Shown here: positions 8,228 through 17,543 of the stretch, in pieces | Numbering within the stretch: position 1 is the stretch's first letter | How the letters are laid out: each line of letters starts with the position of its first letter | Assembly: GCA_002952755.1 (NCBI GenBank) | Contig: CP025011.1 | Location: forward strand, 330,001 to 362,000 | DNA: 32,000 nt | Direction of reading: 5' to 3' | Source: Candidatus Saccharimonadota bacterium | GTDB lineage: Bacteria > Patescibacteriota > Saccharimonadia > Saccharimonadales > UBA4665 | Position numbers and translations under genes: made by a program | Notes under the pieces: model-generated | The model's input: the letters and a program-made list of their open reading frames with translations, nothing else | Databases searched by the model: none | Told to the model about the DNA's origin: nothing

Positions 8228-8847
8228 TCGCCCTTGTTATTTTCCCCGATCTCTTTTCAAGCAATTCGGCGCCATTGATTTGGTGCGAGATAAAAAGGAA
8301 AAACGCGGTTTCTTGAGATTGACCCCAATGACCAGTGGGCTTTTGTCGATGATATGACTACGGACAAAATTGGCCGCCATTATTTAGAGATGTGCATGCT
8401 GAGCGGGTTGGTGGCGACCCAAGGGATAAAGCCGATGCGAGCATGAAGGTTCTCAGAATTCCCAATAGCCAGCAGAACGAGCTATTTATTAGAGGATGCC
8501 TGAGGCTGCGTAAGCTGCATAGACGCTAAGGCCATGGCTAAAGAGATCTATATCATCAGGCGTAGCCGAGGTCGGGGTTTTAAGGGTCGCATCCTAAATT
8601 CTTGGATCATCTAGCGAAGGGGCTATGAGCATTTCTGGCGTCATTTGGGGCCGTTGTTCTGGTTGCCAAGAGTCAGGCTTTTCTAAACACCCAAACGGTC
8701 TGCCAAGAGACAAAGATATGGTTCCTCTGCCCAATTCATCGAGCACCGACCGGGAGGGATCACAGCGTACAACTTCTGCTCGATCGGGCCAGTATAGCCT
8801 CTCTGAATGTGCCTAGCATAGCCGCATAAGGTTCTCGCGTAATATTG

Positions 8848-8877
8848 TTGACACGCATGGATGCCTGAGCACATAAT
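8848..8877 (+). promoter_or_regulatory. candidate promoter upstream of trehalase
   Basis: Perfect TTGACA (8848-8853), 18-nt spacer, CATAAT (8872-8877). It would give a 5' UTR of about 135 nt. Confidence 0.35.
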
Positions 8878-9017
8878 GCGTCCATTATCTCAGCAAGAAT
8901 CGGGTATGAGGCACTAGCCTACTTAATGGCAAGCGCACGGTCCTTTTATTCTTATTTATTAGCATCTAGCATAATGACATGTAGCGTCTTGAGAGGCAAC
9001 TCAAACCCTAAAACAGT

Positions 9018-10748
9018 ATGATAGAAAACATTCAACTACGACCACCCTACCCTGTAGAAGCAGTAAACCCCTTATCAGTAGTCCCTGATCCCGGAGAAAT
9101 GGGGCAAATGTACATTGGGGCGCGGGAAGCATATCCTGACGGAATGACATTGGCTTGCGCGAGTCCGCATAAGCCCTACCAAGAAGTAGTGGCCGCGTAT
9201 GCCCAGGAATCTCAAGAACCAGGCTTCTCTGACGTAGCGTTTTTTAATAATAATTTTGCCGTAACGCCCCAAGATGAAGAGCGGTTCGTTACTGAGCCCG
9301 GACTTACTCTCGATGAATATACGCTGGCTATACGCTCCCGGTTTATCCGCCCGAATACTGAGCTAGGTTATTCCGATACTTGGCTGCCATATGATCTATC
9401 CGTTGCAGGAGCAGGACGGTTTTGCGGTCAAGCTTATCTTTGGGATGGATACCACATAGCCATAGGCTATGCCGCCGATGGTCGCTGGGACTTGGTACGC
9501 AATATTGTAGACAATAACGAGCATCAAATTAATCAGTTCGGCCATCCATTAAATGCTAATGCCATTTTCTATGCTTCACGTGCGCAGCCTGACTACGTTT
9601 CGCATGAAGTACGCATGCTTGCCGATAGGTTTGGCCCGGAAGTGCTCGTCCGCTACCTCCCAATGCTCGAAAAAGATCATATGGGTTATTGGATGGATGG
9701 CATACATGAGTTGGCTGCAATACCAGAGGATGGTAAGGCGCATGCCTATCGTACTCTAGTGCGCATGCCAGACGGTACATTTCTGAATCGTTATTGGGAT
9801 GATGCTGACGGACCAAGGCTTGAGTCATATAAGGAAGACGTGGAACTTGGAGAACTCGTTGTGGCTGGTTTGAGCGGTGTGGCACGCGCCACAAGGCTGG
9901 AGAAACTCTATAAGGATCTACGCGCTGGCGCAGCAAGCGGATGGGACTACAGCAGCCGTTTGTTTAAGGATGGCAGCAATCTCAGTACTATTAATACAAC
10001 AGATCTTGTACTAACCGACCACAATAGTCTCATGGCTTACAACGAAGAGACACTAGCTATGGCCTACGAGGCTGCCGCGGATGTCAGCGGCGATGACAGG
10101 GACAAATGTCTTGAGCGCGCGGCAATGTATCGAAAAATGGCTAGTCAGAGGGTGGCGACCATTAATAAGTATCTTTGGGATCCCGAAGGTAAAATATATC
10201 GTGACTACAATTTTGTTGACGGCCACCAAACTGCAATTGTATCAGCGGCGATGACGTATCCTCTGTATGTTGGTATAGCTAATGCCGAGCAAACTTTTGG
10301 TGTTGCAGAAACAGTAGCTAGAGACTTACTGTATCCTGGCGGCGTTATTGCTACCACAACCGAAAACAGCACGCAACAATGGGATGGTGGTGAGAGGAAT
10401 GGCACGAGAAGTAAGAACGTTTGGGCACCATTAAACTGGGCGGCTGTGCGCGGCTTCGCACGTATGGGGCACATACTTCTAGCGACTGAAGTGGGCCTAG
10501 ATGTTGAGCCATTGTTCCAACTTGCTGAGCAGACCAGGAATAGTTATATGAATGGTATTGAGGTCGCATATGATAAATATGGCGTCATTCCAGAGAAGCA
10601 TCGAGGGGACGATCCTGCCCGGCTCGCAAACGGTGGTGAGTACGAGCTGGTAAAATTACTGGCCATGCCAGGTGAAACGTACAGAGCAATGATGCATCTG
10701 AATGTACGAGATGCCGCTGACCATTTGCCTAATCGCAGAAGCTCTTGA
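9018..10748 (+). CDS. trehalase (glycoside hydrolase family 37), no signal peptide
   Basis: GH37 signature-like motifs GAGRFCGQAYLWDGYH and QQWDGG...NVWAPLNWAAVRG, plus GWDYSSR. Confidence 0.85.
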   Translation: MIENIQLRPPYPVEAVNPLSVVPDPGEMGQMYIGAREAYPDGMTLACASPHKPYQEVVAAYAQESQEPGFSDVAFFNNNFAVTPQDEERFVTEPGLTLDEYTLAIRSRFIRPNTELGYSDTWLPYDLSVAGAGRFCGQAYLWDGYHIAIGYAADGRWDLVRNIVDNNEHQINQFGHPLNANAIFYASRAQPDYVSHEVRMLADRFGPEVLVRYLPMLEKDHMGYWMDGIHELAAIPEDGKAHAYRTLVRMPDGTFLNRYWDDADGPRLESYKEDVELGELVVAGLSGVARATRLEKLYKDLRAGAASGWDYSSRLFKDGSNLSTINTTDLVLTDHNSLMAYNEETLAMAYEAAADVSGDDRDKCLERAAMYRKMASQRVATINKYLWDPEGKIYRDYNFVDGHQTAIVSAAMTYPLYVGIANAEQTFGVAETVARDLLYPGGVIATTTENSTQQWDGGERNGTRSKNVWAPLNWAAVRGFARMGHILLATEVGLDVEPLFQLAEQTRNSYMNGIEVAYDKYGVIPEKHRGDDPARLANGGEYELVKLLAMPGETYRAMMHLNVRDAADHLPNRRSS

Positions 10749-10774
10749 TGCCTACGTTTTAGCCGCTTCAGTAG

Positions 10775-10806
10775 GTATTCGAAACGAAGTGTGTCAAGCG
10801 TCTGGC
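10775..10806 (+). repeat. intergenic repeat copy S3 (partial)
   Basis: ATTCGAAACGAAGTGTGTCAAGCGTCTGG compared with S1 GTTCGAAACAAAGCGCATCAAGTGCACCAG. It begins 27 nt after the trehalase stop. Confidence 0.4.
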
Positions 10807-10988
10807 GGTTCTCAATTCCAACCCATGCCTTAATATATAGTTCATAATATGAGATTAGGTAATCGTCAAGAGTAGGTCTATACTTAAAGGTAACCAGCCC
10901 ACCCCAACACTAAATGACTCGTAGGGAGCAGACGTAAAGATTGTTGTTGGCCTGACACACTAAGCATCTTTAGCGAAAGGACATCATC

Positions 10989-11126
10989 ATGTCTGTATTT
11001 ACTCCCACAAAACAGTATCAATCGAAGGTTCACTATTCCCAGTATATCCGTACCGCGGATACGCCGGATAAAAACGATACGAAACCGGCTGATCCGTCAG
11101 TGCCTGTGCCGCCCGAAGCCGAGTAG
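10989..11126 (+). CDS. small hypothetical protein (45 aa)
   Basis: This ORF is below the track cutoff. AAAGGA SD lies 8 nt upstream. A 7-bp hairpin GGGGAGT/ACTCCCC (11136-11161) follows the stop. The C-terminus is Pro-rich. Confidence 0.3.
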   Translation: MSVFTPTKQYQSKVHYSQYIRTADTPDKNDTKPADPSVPVPPEAE

Positions 11127-11248
11127 CGCTACAGGGGGGAGTTCGCGTTGTCGGACTCCCCATTTAGTAATGGAAGGAAACTGTTATGTCAAAACACAAG
11201 AGCCGAAAAGAAGTCACAGAATCAAGGCAGCCAAAGTAAAGGTCTGAT

Positions 11249-11497
11249 ATGCAGTTTAAGAAAAGAATATACGCTCAAGGTGCCGAAGAAGAACGGGAGA
11301 TCAGGGAAGCGCTCCACCAGATGGTGCTTAATGATTCGTATAACACCTCACCGGCTTACACCGTCAAGAGTGCCGTATACCCAGACGGTTCGATCCCATT
11401 TGTAGATAAGCATATGCGATACCTTGACGCTAATCCCAAGTTGGATGCTCACATGTATCTTGCCAATTTACGACTGATGACCCGTATCAGAGTGTAA
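11249..11497 (+). CDS. hypothetical protein (82 aa)
   Basis: The ORF has protein-like composition (IPFVDKHMRYLDANPKLDAHMYLANLRLMTR). A 17-codon SD-led ORF precedes it in the same frame, separated by a TAA. Confidence 0.5.
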   Translation: MQFKKRIYAQGAEEEREIREALHQMVLNDSYNTSPAYTVKSAVYPDGSIPFVDKHMRYLDANPKLDAHMYLANLRLMTRIRV

Positions 11498-11628
11498 TAT
11501 ACAGAAAAACTGGAGGTCGTCTAATTCACATCTGTTGAATTCTGTGTCCAGCTTGCCATCGTAACTGCTGCACCAAACATATGCATTATAAAAAAGGCCA
11601 GTCAGGCCTCTTTTGCTATTATCAGTAT

Positions 11629-12477
11629 ATGAAAATTGTTGCTTATCATGTAAATGCTTTTACTGCTGACTCTAAGGCAGGAAATCCTGCGGGAGTTGTT
11701 CTTGATGCAGACGACTTGAATAACGCAGAAATGCTTGCTATTGCAAAGGAAGTTGGATTCTCGGAAACGGCTTTTATAAGTAAAAGCAAGGAGGCGACCA
11801 AGAGACTTCGATTTTTTACGCCAACAGAAGAAGTAGACTTATGCGGTCATGCTACAATCGCCAGTTGGTCGCTTATGTATCAATGCCATATAGTTGATAA
11901 GGGTATCTCCACACAAGATACATTGGCAGGACTGCTCAAGGTTGATGTGGGTGCAGATGGACTTATCTATATGCAGCAGGCAAGTGCTAGTTTCTTTGAA
12001 GTTGTAGAGGCTGACATCGTAGCGTCGATACTTGGCATTAAGCCGAGTGATCTTAGCAGTACGCTTAAGCCGCAAGTGGTCTCGACTGGATTAAAGGACC
12101 TGATTGTAATACTAAATAGTGAAGAGGTGTTAAATAATTTAACCCCCGATTTTGCGGCTATGTCTGAATTTAGCAAAGATCATAACATCACGGGTATGCA
12201 TGTCATTAGTTTGCTCAATGACCAGACCTCATTGGCTGCTGCACGGAATTTTGCCCCCTTGGTTGGTATAGATGAAGAATCGGCTACAGGAACTTCCAAT
12301 GGTGCTCTCCTATGTTATCTGAAAAAGTACGGTGGGCTTCCAGCTCAGAACGAGTATAGGATTGAACAGGGCAAGTCTATGGGCCAAACGTCATATATTT
12401 ATGGAAAATTCGAGGATGAAGTTGTATGGATCGGCGGCAACGCTACCGTAATGAAAGAAATTGAGATTGCCCTATAG
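11629..12477 (+). CDS. PhzF-family isomerase/epimerase-like protein
   Basis: Motifs VNAFT...GNPAGVV, FSETAFI and CGHATIA. TGCTATTAT lies 6 nt upstream of ATG 11629, so I reject the ORF-track start at 11581. Confidence 0.85.
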   Translation: MKIVAYHVNAFTADSKAGNPAGVVLDADDLNNAEMLAIAKEVGFSETAFISKSKEATKRLRFFTPTEEVDLCGHATIASWSLMYQCHIVDKGISTQDTLAGLLKVDVGADGLIYMQQASASFFEVVEADIVASILGIKPSDLSSTLKPQVVSTGLKDLIVILNSEEVLNNLTPDFAAMSEFSKDHNITGMHVISLLNDQTSLAAARNFAPLVGIDEESATGTSNGALLCYLKKYGGLPAQNEYRIEQGKSMGQTSYIYGKFEDEVVWIGGNATVMKEIEIAL

Positions 12478-12659
12478 CGCCTAACGGTCACCATTACGAA
12501 ACGTCGAGATTATATGCGGCCAATAAAGGGCTGCTGTCTAGTAATAACTTTTATATTGGAGGGCTGCGATTCTGCCAGAAAACGAACTTCTAGAGCTGCT
12601 CTAAAAGTTTAAGTAGACTCTGGTCGGCTGCTAATAAAAGATGTAGGGATGAAATAAAA

Positions 12660-12703
12660 TTGACAGTGACTCCCAAAGGGCATAGATTCTCAGTAGTTTA
12701 CTG
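12660..12703 (+). promoter_or_regulatory. promoter plus palindromic operator candidate of the MFS-TetR operon
   Basis: TTGACA (12660-12665), 17-nt spacer, TAGATT (12683-12688). The inverted repeat CAGTA-GTT-TACTG (12691-12703) follows immediately, ahead of the GAGGG SD. Confidence 0.5.
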
Positions 12704-12723
12704 TTAATACAAAGAGGGTTGGT

Positions 12724-14301
12724 ATGCGGGCTACAAAAGATATCGGTAATCGTAAATGGTGGGCAGTTGCTGCGATTTCCCTGGCAGCCATAGCGTTCAG
12801 CTTGGACCTGACCGTGCTTAACTTAGCGCTGCCCACGCTTTCGCACGATCTACACGCATCAACGAGCCAGTTGCAATGGATCGCCGATGCGTACGCGCTG
12901 GTATTAGCCGTGCTAACGTTGCCGGCTGGCATGCTTGGTGATCGCTATGGCCGGAAAAAATTTCTGCTCTTCGCTCTAGTAATATTTGGCATTGCCTCTG
13001 CATTATGTGCGTACTCAACCTCGGTCGGCACGCTCATTGCGGCCCGCTTGCTGCTCGGCGTGGGGGCGGCATTTATCCTGCCGCTCGGCATGTCCGTCAT
13101 GCCTGTCTTCTTTGAAGAAAAAGAACGCACCAAGGCGCTCGCCATACTCATGGGCGGCGTATTCCTCGCATATCCGCTTGGACCAATCCTGGGTGGGTGG
13201 CTACTGACGCATTATTGGTGGGGTTCTGTCTTTCTTATTAATATCCCGGTCGTACTCATTGCTCTCGCGGCGATCGCGTTCCTGTTGCCCGAAAACAAAA
13301 GCAGCGAACAACATGCTATCGACACTATCGGCATCGTAGCATCGAGCCTTGGTCTGACGGGCATAACGTATGGGGCAATTGAGGCTGAATCGAGCGGCTG
13401 GGGCAACGCGCGGGTAGTCGCCTCTCTTGTATTCGGCGCTATAACGCTGCTGTTATTCTATGCGTGGGAGAAGCGTATCTTGCGCCGGGGCCGTCAGCCA
13501 TTAGTAGATTTAAAGCTCTTTAGCCATCGAGCCTTCACCTGGGGTACGTTGCTTATGACTTCGGTAAACTTTGCGCTGTTTGGTCTGCTATTCGGGCTCC
13601 CACAATATCTGCAAGCAGTCCGTGGAGATGATGCGCTGAGGGCCGGGTACTATCTATTGCCGATGATCGGGGGTTTGATGATCGGTTCAGTGGTTACTGG
13701 CAAAATGGCAAATAAGGCCAACACGAAGCTAGCTGTAGCGGTTGGCTTTGGTATCATGGCGGCGGGACTCATGCTGGGCGCTCAAACTACATTATCGGCC
13801 AGTAACGCGTTCATAATTGTATGGAGCGGTATGATCGGGTTGGGGCTGGGTGTCGCTATGCCGACGGTGGCGACTGCCGCTATATCGCCGCTGTCTGCTG
13901 AGCGAAGCGGTTCTGGTACGGCTCTCGTGAGTTCGGTACGACAAGTCGGTGGGACACTTGGTATTGCACTCCTTGGCACATTGATCGGCGCGAGCTATCG
14001 GAGCCAGTTGCATGTCGAGAACCTACCGAATCAAGTTGGGGCTGCGGTACACAGCAGCGTCATAGCCGGTGTGGCAGTCGCCCAGAAGCTTGGTTCGCCT
14101 GTCCTGCTGCATGAAGTTCGTTCGGCGTTTGTACATGGACTTGATGTTATGCTATGGGTATGCGGTGGGATAGCACTCTGTGCAGTAGTTATAGCGCTAG
14201 TATTCCTTCCAAACTTACGGAGTGAGAGTAATGAAGATGACCCTAAGAGATCGAGACCCAAAAGGCAAGCAGCAGCTACCCCCGGGTCTACGCGAACGTA
14301 A
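12724..14301 (+). CDS. MFS transporter, DHA2 (EmrB/QacA-like, about 14 TM) drug:H+ antiporter family
   Basis: Motif A-like LPAGMLGDRYGRKK. There are many hydrophobic segments across 525 aa. Confidence 0.9.
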   Translation: MRATKDIGNRKWWAVAAISLAAIAFSLDLTVLNLALPTLSHDLHASTSQLQWIADAYALVLAVLTLPAGMLGDRYGRKKFLLFALVIFGIASALCAYSTSVGTLIAARLLLGVGAAFILPLGMSVMPVFFEEKERTKALAILMGGVFLAYPLGPILGGWLLTHYWWGSVFLINIPVVLIALAAIAFLLPENKSSEQHAIDTIGIVASSLGLTGITYGAIEAESSGWGNARVVASLVFGAITLLLFYAWEKRILRRGRQPLVDLKLFSHRAFTWGTLLMTSVNFALFGLLFGLPQYLQAVRGDDALRAGYYLLPMIGGLMIGSVVTGKMANKANTKLAVAVGFGIMAAGLMLGAQTTLSASNAFIIVWSGMIGLGLGVAMPTVATAAISPLSAERSGSGTALVSSVRQVGGTLGIALLGTLIGASYRSQLHVENLPNQVGAAVHSSVIAGVAVAQKLGSPVLLHEVRSAFVHGLDVMLWVCGGIALCAVVIALVFLPNLRSESNEDDPKRSRPKRQAAATPGSTRT

Positions 14302-14860
14302 AAAAGCCAAAGCCAAAGCTACAATTCAGGAGCAGGCGCTAAAATTGTTTGCCAAGCAGGGGTACGGCGCAACTACGGTCGAGCAGATCGCCGCGGCAGC
14401 CGAGGTATCGCCAAGTACCTTTTTCCGCTACTTTCAAACAAAGGAAGCGGTGGTGCTATACGACAGCCTAGACCCGATTATCTTGGAGGCTTTTAAGGCT
14501 CAGCCTGCGGATGTGTCCGTTATACGAGCACTCCGAAATGCCAGTATGCAAACGTTTCGCGATCTCCCGTCGGAGCGACTAGCCCTGGAAATGAAACGCT
14601 TCGAATTGGTACGAACCATCCCGGAGCTAAGAGCAACTATGCTCGATGAAATGATACGCAATATAGATATGCTTGCCGACATGATAGCTGAACGGGCCGA
14701 TAAAGACCCGAATGATTTAGCCGTACGAAATTTGGCGGGGGCAATCATGGGCGTGGGCATGGCGGCCCTCCTTCAAGCGTACATGCGGCCGAAGGAAATT
14801 AATTCTGTTCAGGCTTTTGATGCGGCCCTGGCCCGTCTGGAGCTTGGCCTTTCGCTCTAA
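14231..14860 (+). CDS. TetR/AcrR-family transcriptional regulator
   Basis: N-terminal HTH region IQEQALKLFAKQGYGATTVEQIAAAAEVSPSTFFRYF. ATG 14231 overlaps the MFS 3' end by 71 nt. Confidence 0.85.
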   Translation: MKMTLRDRDPKGKQQLPPGLRERKKAKAKATIQEQALKLFAKQGYGATTVEQIAAAAEVSPSTFFRYFQTKEAVVLYDSLDPIILEAFKAQPADVSVIRALRNASMQTFRDLPSERLALEMKRFELVRTIPELRATMLDEMIRNIDMLADMIAERADKDPNDLAVRNLAGAIMGVGMAALLQAYMRPKEINSVQAFDAALARLELGLSL

Positions 14861-14980
14861 AAGCGCTAGAATGTTGGGCCGATGGCGAGCGACGTACTTC
14901 TCTGGCATCTGACGAAGTGGCTTAGCAAGAAAGCACCTCCTAACTCACCGCCCCTTGTTTGCATCTGATAAGATGAGCAT

Positions 14981-15793
14981 ATGAACAACTTCCAATATGA
15001 GCTAGAACTCGCCAAAAGACTTGCGAAAGACGCGGGCGACATAATGCTGAACTATTTCAATTCAGCAGCTGCAAACCCAACTACAAAGCCAGACCGGACG
15101 ATTGTAACCCAAGCAGATACGGAAATAAACGCACACATCATCAAAGTGCTTACCAAGGAGACGCCCGGCTATAGCATTTGGGGAGAAGAGCAGAGCAAGA
15201 TTATTGATGGTTCGGAGTTCACCTGGGTGTGTGACCCGGTAGACGGCACGATGCCGTTCGCGAAAGGCATGCCGATTTCATCTTTTTCGCTTGCGCTGGT
15301 AAACGACAGGGGTGAAAGCGTTGTGGGCGTCGTCTATGATCCATTTTATGACCGGCTATTCGAAGCTGTTATAGGTAACGGCGCTTTTTTGAATGGCCGG
15401 AAGATCCATGTTTCAGAAAAATCTGACCTCGATGGCGCATACATCGACGAGGAGCTTTGGATCAATGACGACGAAGGAGTTACCTTTGATGATCCAAAAG
15501 ATGCATTCAATAAGCTGGGAGTAAAAATAACTACACAGTGTTCTTCGGTGATTATGGGTTGTTTGGTCGCATCAGGAGCGTATGAGGGGCTGATCTTTGG
15601 CCAGGGCAAGCCGGAAGACATTGCTGCGCTGGCAGTGATCGTGCCAGAGGCGGGTGGCAAAGTAACAGATTTATTCGGTAAGCAGCAGCGCTACGATACA
15701 AACATTCACGGCGCTATTGTCTCAAACAGCAACGTACACGCTGCGATTCGTGATGTGTTGAAGAGTATCAATTACACAAGTAAATACATGTAA
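14981..15793 (+). CDS. inositol monophosphatase (IMPase/SuhB) family protein
   Basis: Motifs WGEE and WVCDPVDGT. TGATAAGAT lies 6 nt upstream of the ATG. Confidence 0.85.
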   Translation: MNNFQYELELAKRLAKDAGDIMLNYFNSAAANPTTKPDRTIVTQADTEINAHIIKVLTKETPGYSIWGEEQSKIIDGSEFTWVCDPVDGTMPFAKGMPISSFSLALVNDRGESVVGVVYDPFYDRLFEAVIGNGAFLNGRKIHVSEKSDLDGAYIDEELWINDDEGVTFDDPKDAFNKLGVKITTQCSSVIMGCLVASGAYEGLIFGQGKPEDIAALAVIVPEAGGKVTDLFGKQQRYDTNIHGAIVSNSNVHAAIRDVLKSINYTSKYM

Positions 15794-15874
15794 GGTTGAG
15801 GCGCTGAGCAGAATTGCTGCTACGGCCAATCTTTTTAGCCTCCCTAACGAGAGGGTTCTGATATAGTTATTGCG

Positions 15875-16519
15875 ATGGCTAAAGATTTTATAGTGTACGT
15901 AGATTTTGACTCCACTCTGTATGACACGCCGCAGTTCGGGCAAGACCTCAAGCAATTGATCTCTAACGAGGCGCACGTGTCCTTTGAGCAAGTGGTAAAG
16001 GATACGCGGCAATTTGTCGCCGATCCTAACTTGGGTGGATATGATTACGAAAGCCATATACGATCTTACGATCTCGACCCCAACGCTATGTGGGCAGCGC
16101 TAGAGCAACTTGTGGCTACACATAATTATTTATACGAAGATAGCCCTGAGTTTATGCAGGCACTCTACGACGAAGGTTATACACCGCACATTCTCTCATT
16201 TGGCGAGGAGCGCTTCCAGGCGATAAAAATTACGTCGTCACTCGGACATTTAGCTGGCAACACGAATCATAAGATAGGTTTTGATGTTATTATGCGTAAA
16301 AAACAGGGGCATATTGCAGAACGCCACCCTGGTGGTCGGGGCGTGCTCATCGATGACAGACCTGATCAAGATCTTCCGGATGGATTTGCTGAGATCACGC
16401 TTGATCGGTCCTTAGGGTTGAAAAGAGGCCGTCAAAAGGGGGCTGTATACATGGTCTCGGACCTTGGGCAAGCAGCGGCGATCATCCGTTCCCTAAATGG
16501 TATGCATTTGACGAGCTAG
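15875..16519 (+). CDS. HAD-like hydrolase (putative)
   Basis: N-terminal VYVDFDSTLYDT (DxDxT motif I). TGATATAGT lies 7 nt upstream of the ATG. Confidence 0.55.
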   Translation: MAKDFIVYVDFDSTLYDTPQFGQDLKQLISNEAHVSFEQVVKDTRQFVADPNLGGYDYESHIRSYDLDPNAMWAALEQLVATHNYLYEDSPEFMQALYDEGYTPHILSFGEERFQAIKITSSLGHLAGNTNHKIGFDVIMRKKQGHIAERHPGGRGVLIDDRPDQDLPDGFAEITLDRSLGLKRGRQKGAVYMVSDLGQAAAIIRSLNGMHLTS

Positions 16520-16615
16520 CGATATCAGGGCGCACTGCGTTTAGGTTAATGCACACTACTGATTTTTCCAAGGATACTGTCCTTGTCGGTAAAGCGTGCT
16601 GTATCACCTCGTTGC

Positions 16616-17458
16616 TTAAGTGGCTGACATTAAATCTGCGACTGACGGATAGTGATCAGAGCCGAGGCGATAGGCCCTGCCTCTCGGTACCGTATGAGAT
16701 ACGGCCGTGATGTCTGGGGAGTGGAGGATATGGTCCAAGCGCAGCATAGCCGGAACGGCGATTCGGCCACCGAGAATGCCATATCTCGGGGTCGGCCATG
16801 TGGCTGCTCTCTCCTTGTTCGCATCTCTAAAACCAGCTTTCATGAGGCGCTGATAAGCCGTGCCCTCAAGGTTGCCGAGTACATTTGCTATAGCTTCTGG
16901 CCTTACGCCACTCGGTATCAGCCTGAGCAGGTGTCTCAGTTGCTGCGCCGTTTTGTCGAGGCGGCTTATTGTATTTAAATCACCTTCGACTACAGTCCTC
17001 TCAAGTCTTCCGGTGCGTGTCGCGTAGCCCACGAGTCCGCCCACCTGTTGTGTTCGTTTAGCTTCGTCGGCGTGATGCAGATAGGCAGTGATTGACGTAA
17101 CAATAGTGCTATCATCAAACTCAATATCTGCGCTGAGCGCCTGTCTCTCGCCCAGATCGACAGGGGACGGATTGATAATCTCCCGATTACTGAGTAATGT
17201 CAGGCCAATGTTCTTGCCTGAGACGCCCATCGTTTTATCGCCTATCGGTTGCGTGACTACATGACCATAGCTAAAAGTTTCGCGTAAGTATGCCAGGTCG
17301 AAAGTATGCCACCGGAAGGTGTCGGTTAAGGCGACAACGTCGGCATCAAGCCCTATCACGACTTCTGCAATAGCGTCCATACGTGGCGGATACTTGGTTT
17401 CGTAGTCCTGGTAACTATTAAATCCACCGACTTCAACATTATACGTTGCAAATTTCAT
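16616..17458 (-). CDS. endonuclease/exonuclease/phosphatase (EEP) family protein
   Basis: N-terminal MKFATYNVE and C-terminal GSDHYP motif. SD GAGGAG. Confidence 0.75.
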   Translation of the reverse strand: MKFATYNVEVGGFNSYQDYETKYPPRMDAIAEVVIGLDADVVALTDTFRWHTFDLAYLRETFSYGHVVTQPIGDKTMGVSGKNIGLTLLSNREIINPSPVDLGERQALSADIEFDDSTIVTSITAYLHHADEAKRTQQVGGLVGYATRTGRLERTVVEGDLNTISRLDKTAQQLRHLLRLIPSGVRPEAIANVLGNLEGTAYQRLMKAGFRDANKERAATWPTPRYGILGGRIAVPAMLRLDHILHSPDITAVSHTVPRGRAYRLGSDHYPSVADLMSAT

Positions 17459-17543
17459 GCTCCTCTGTACCCCTCGCTTTACGTTTGCTTAGGTAGATTT
17501 TTTGAAGCCAGCCGAACTAGCGCTCATGGCCCGCATTCGTAAG

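Noticed and set aside
7865-8360. A structured RNA gene (RNase P RNA, tmRNA, SRP RNA or group II intron) in the ORF-poor region.
   Set aside because: I looked for the hallmark sequences: GAGGAAAGUCC and GGUAAGAG for RNase P, a tRNA-like 3' end and tag ORF for tmRNA, GGAAGCAGCC-type for SRP, and GUGYG plus a foldable domain V for a group II intron. Only weak partial resemblances turned up (GAGGAAGCTAAGGG; GAGCCGCATGCGTGGCAA does not fold as domain V).
8130-8874. ORFs 8130..8357, 8625..8816 and 8683..8874.
   Set aside because: They have no start signals and implausible composition, and they overlap one another. They are better explained as noise in a decayed or non-coding stretch.
11148-11405. 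85-codon ORF 11148..11405.
   Set aside because: It has a non-ATG start and a highly basic, low-complexity product. It overlaps the better-supported 11249..11497 ORF and the SD-led micro-ORF in another frame.
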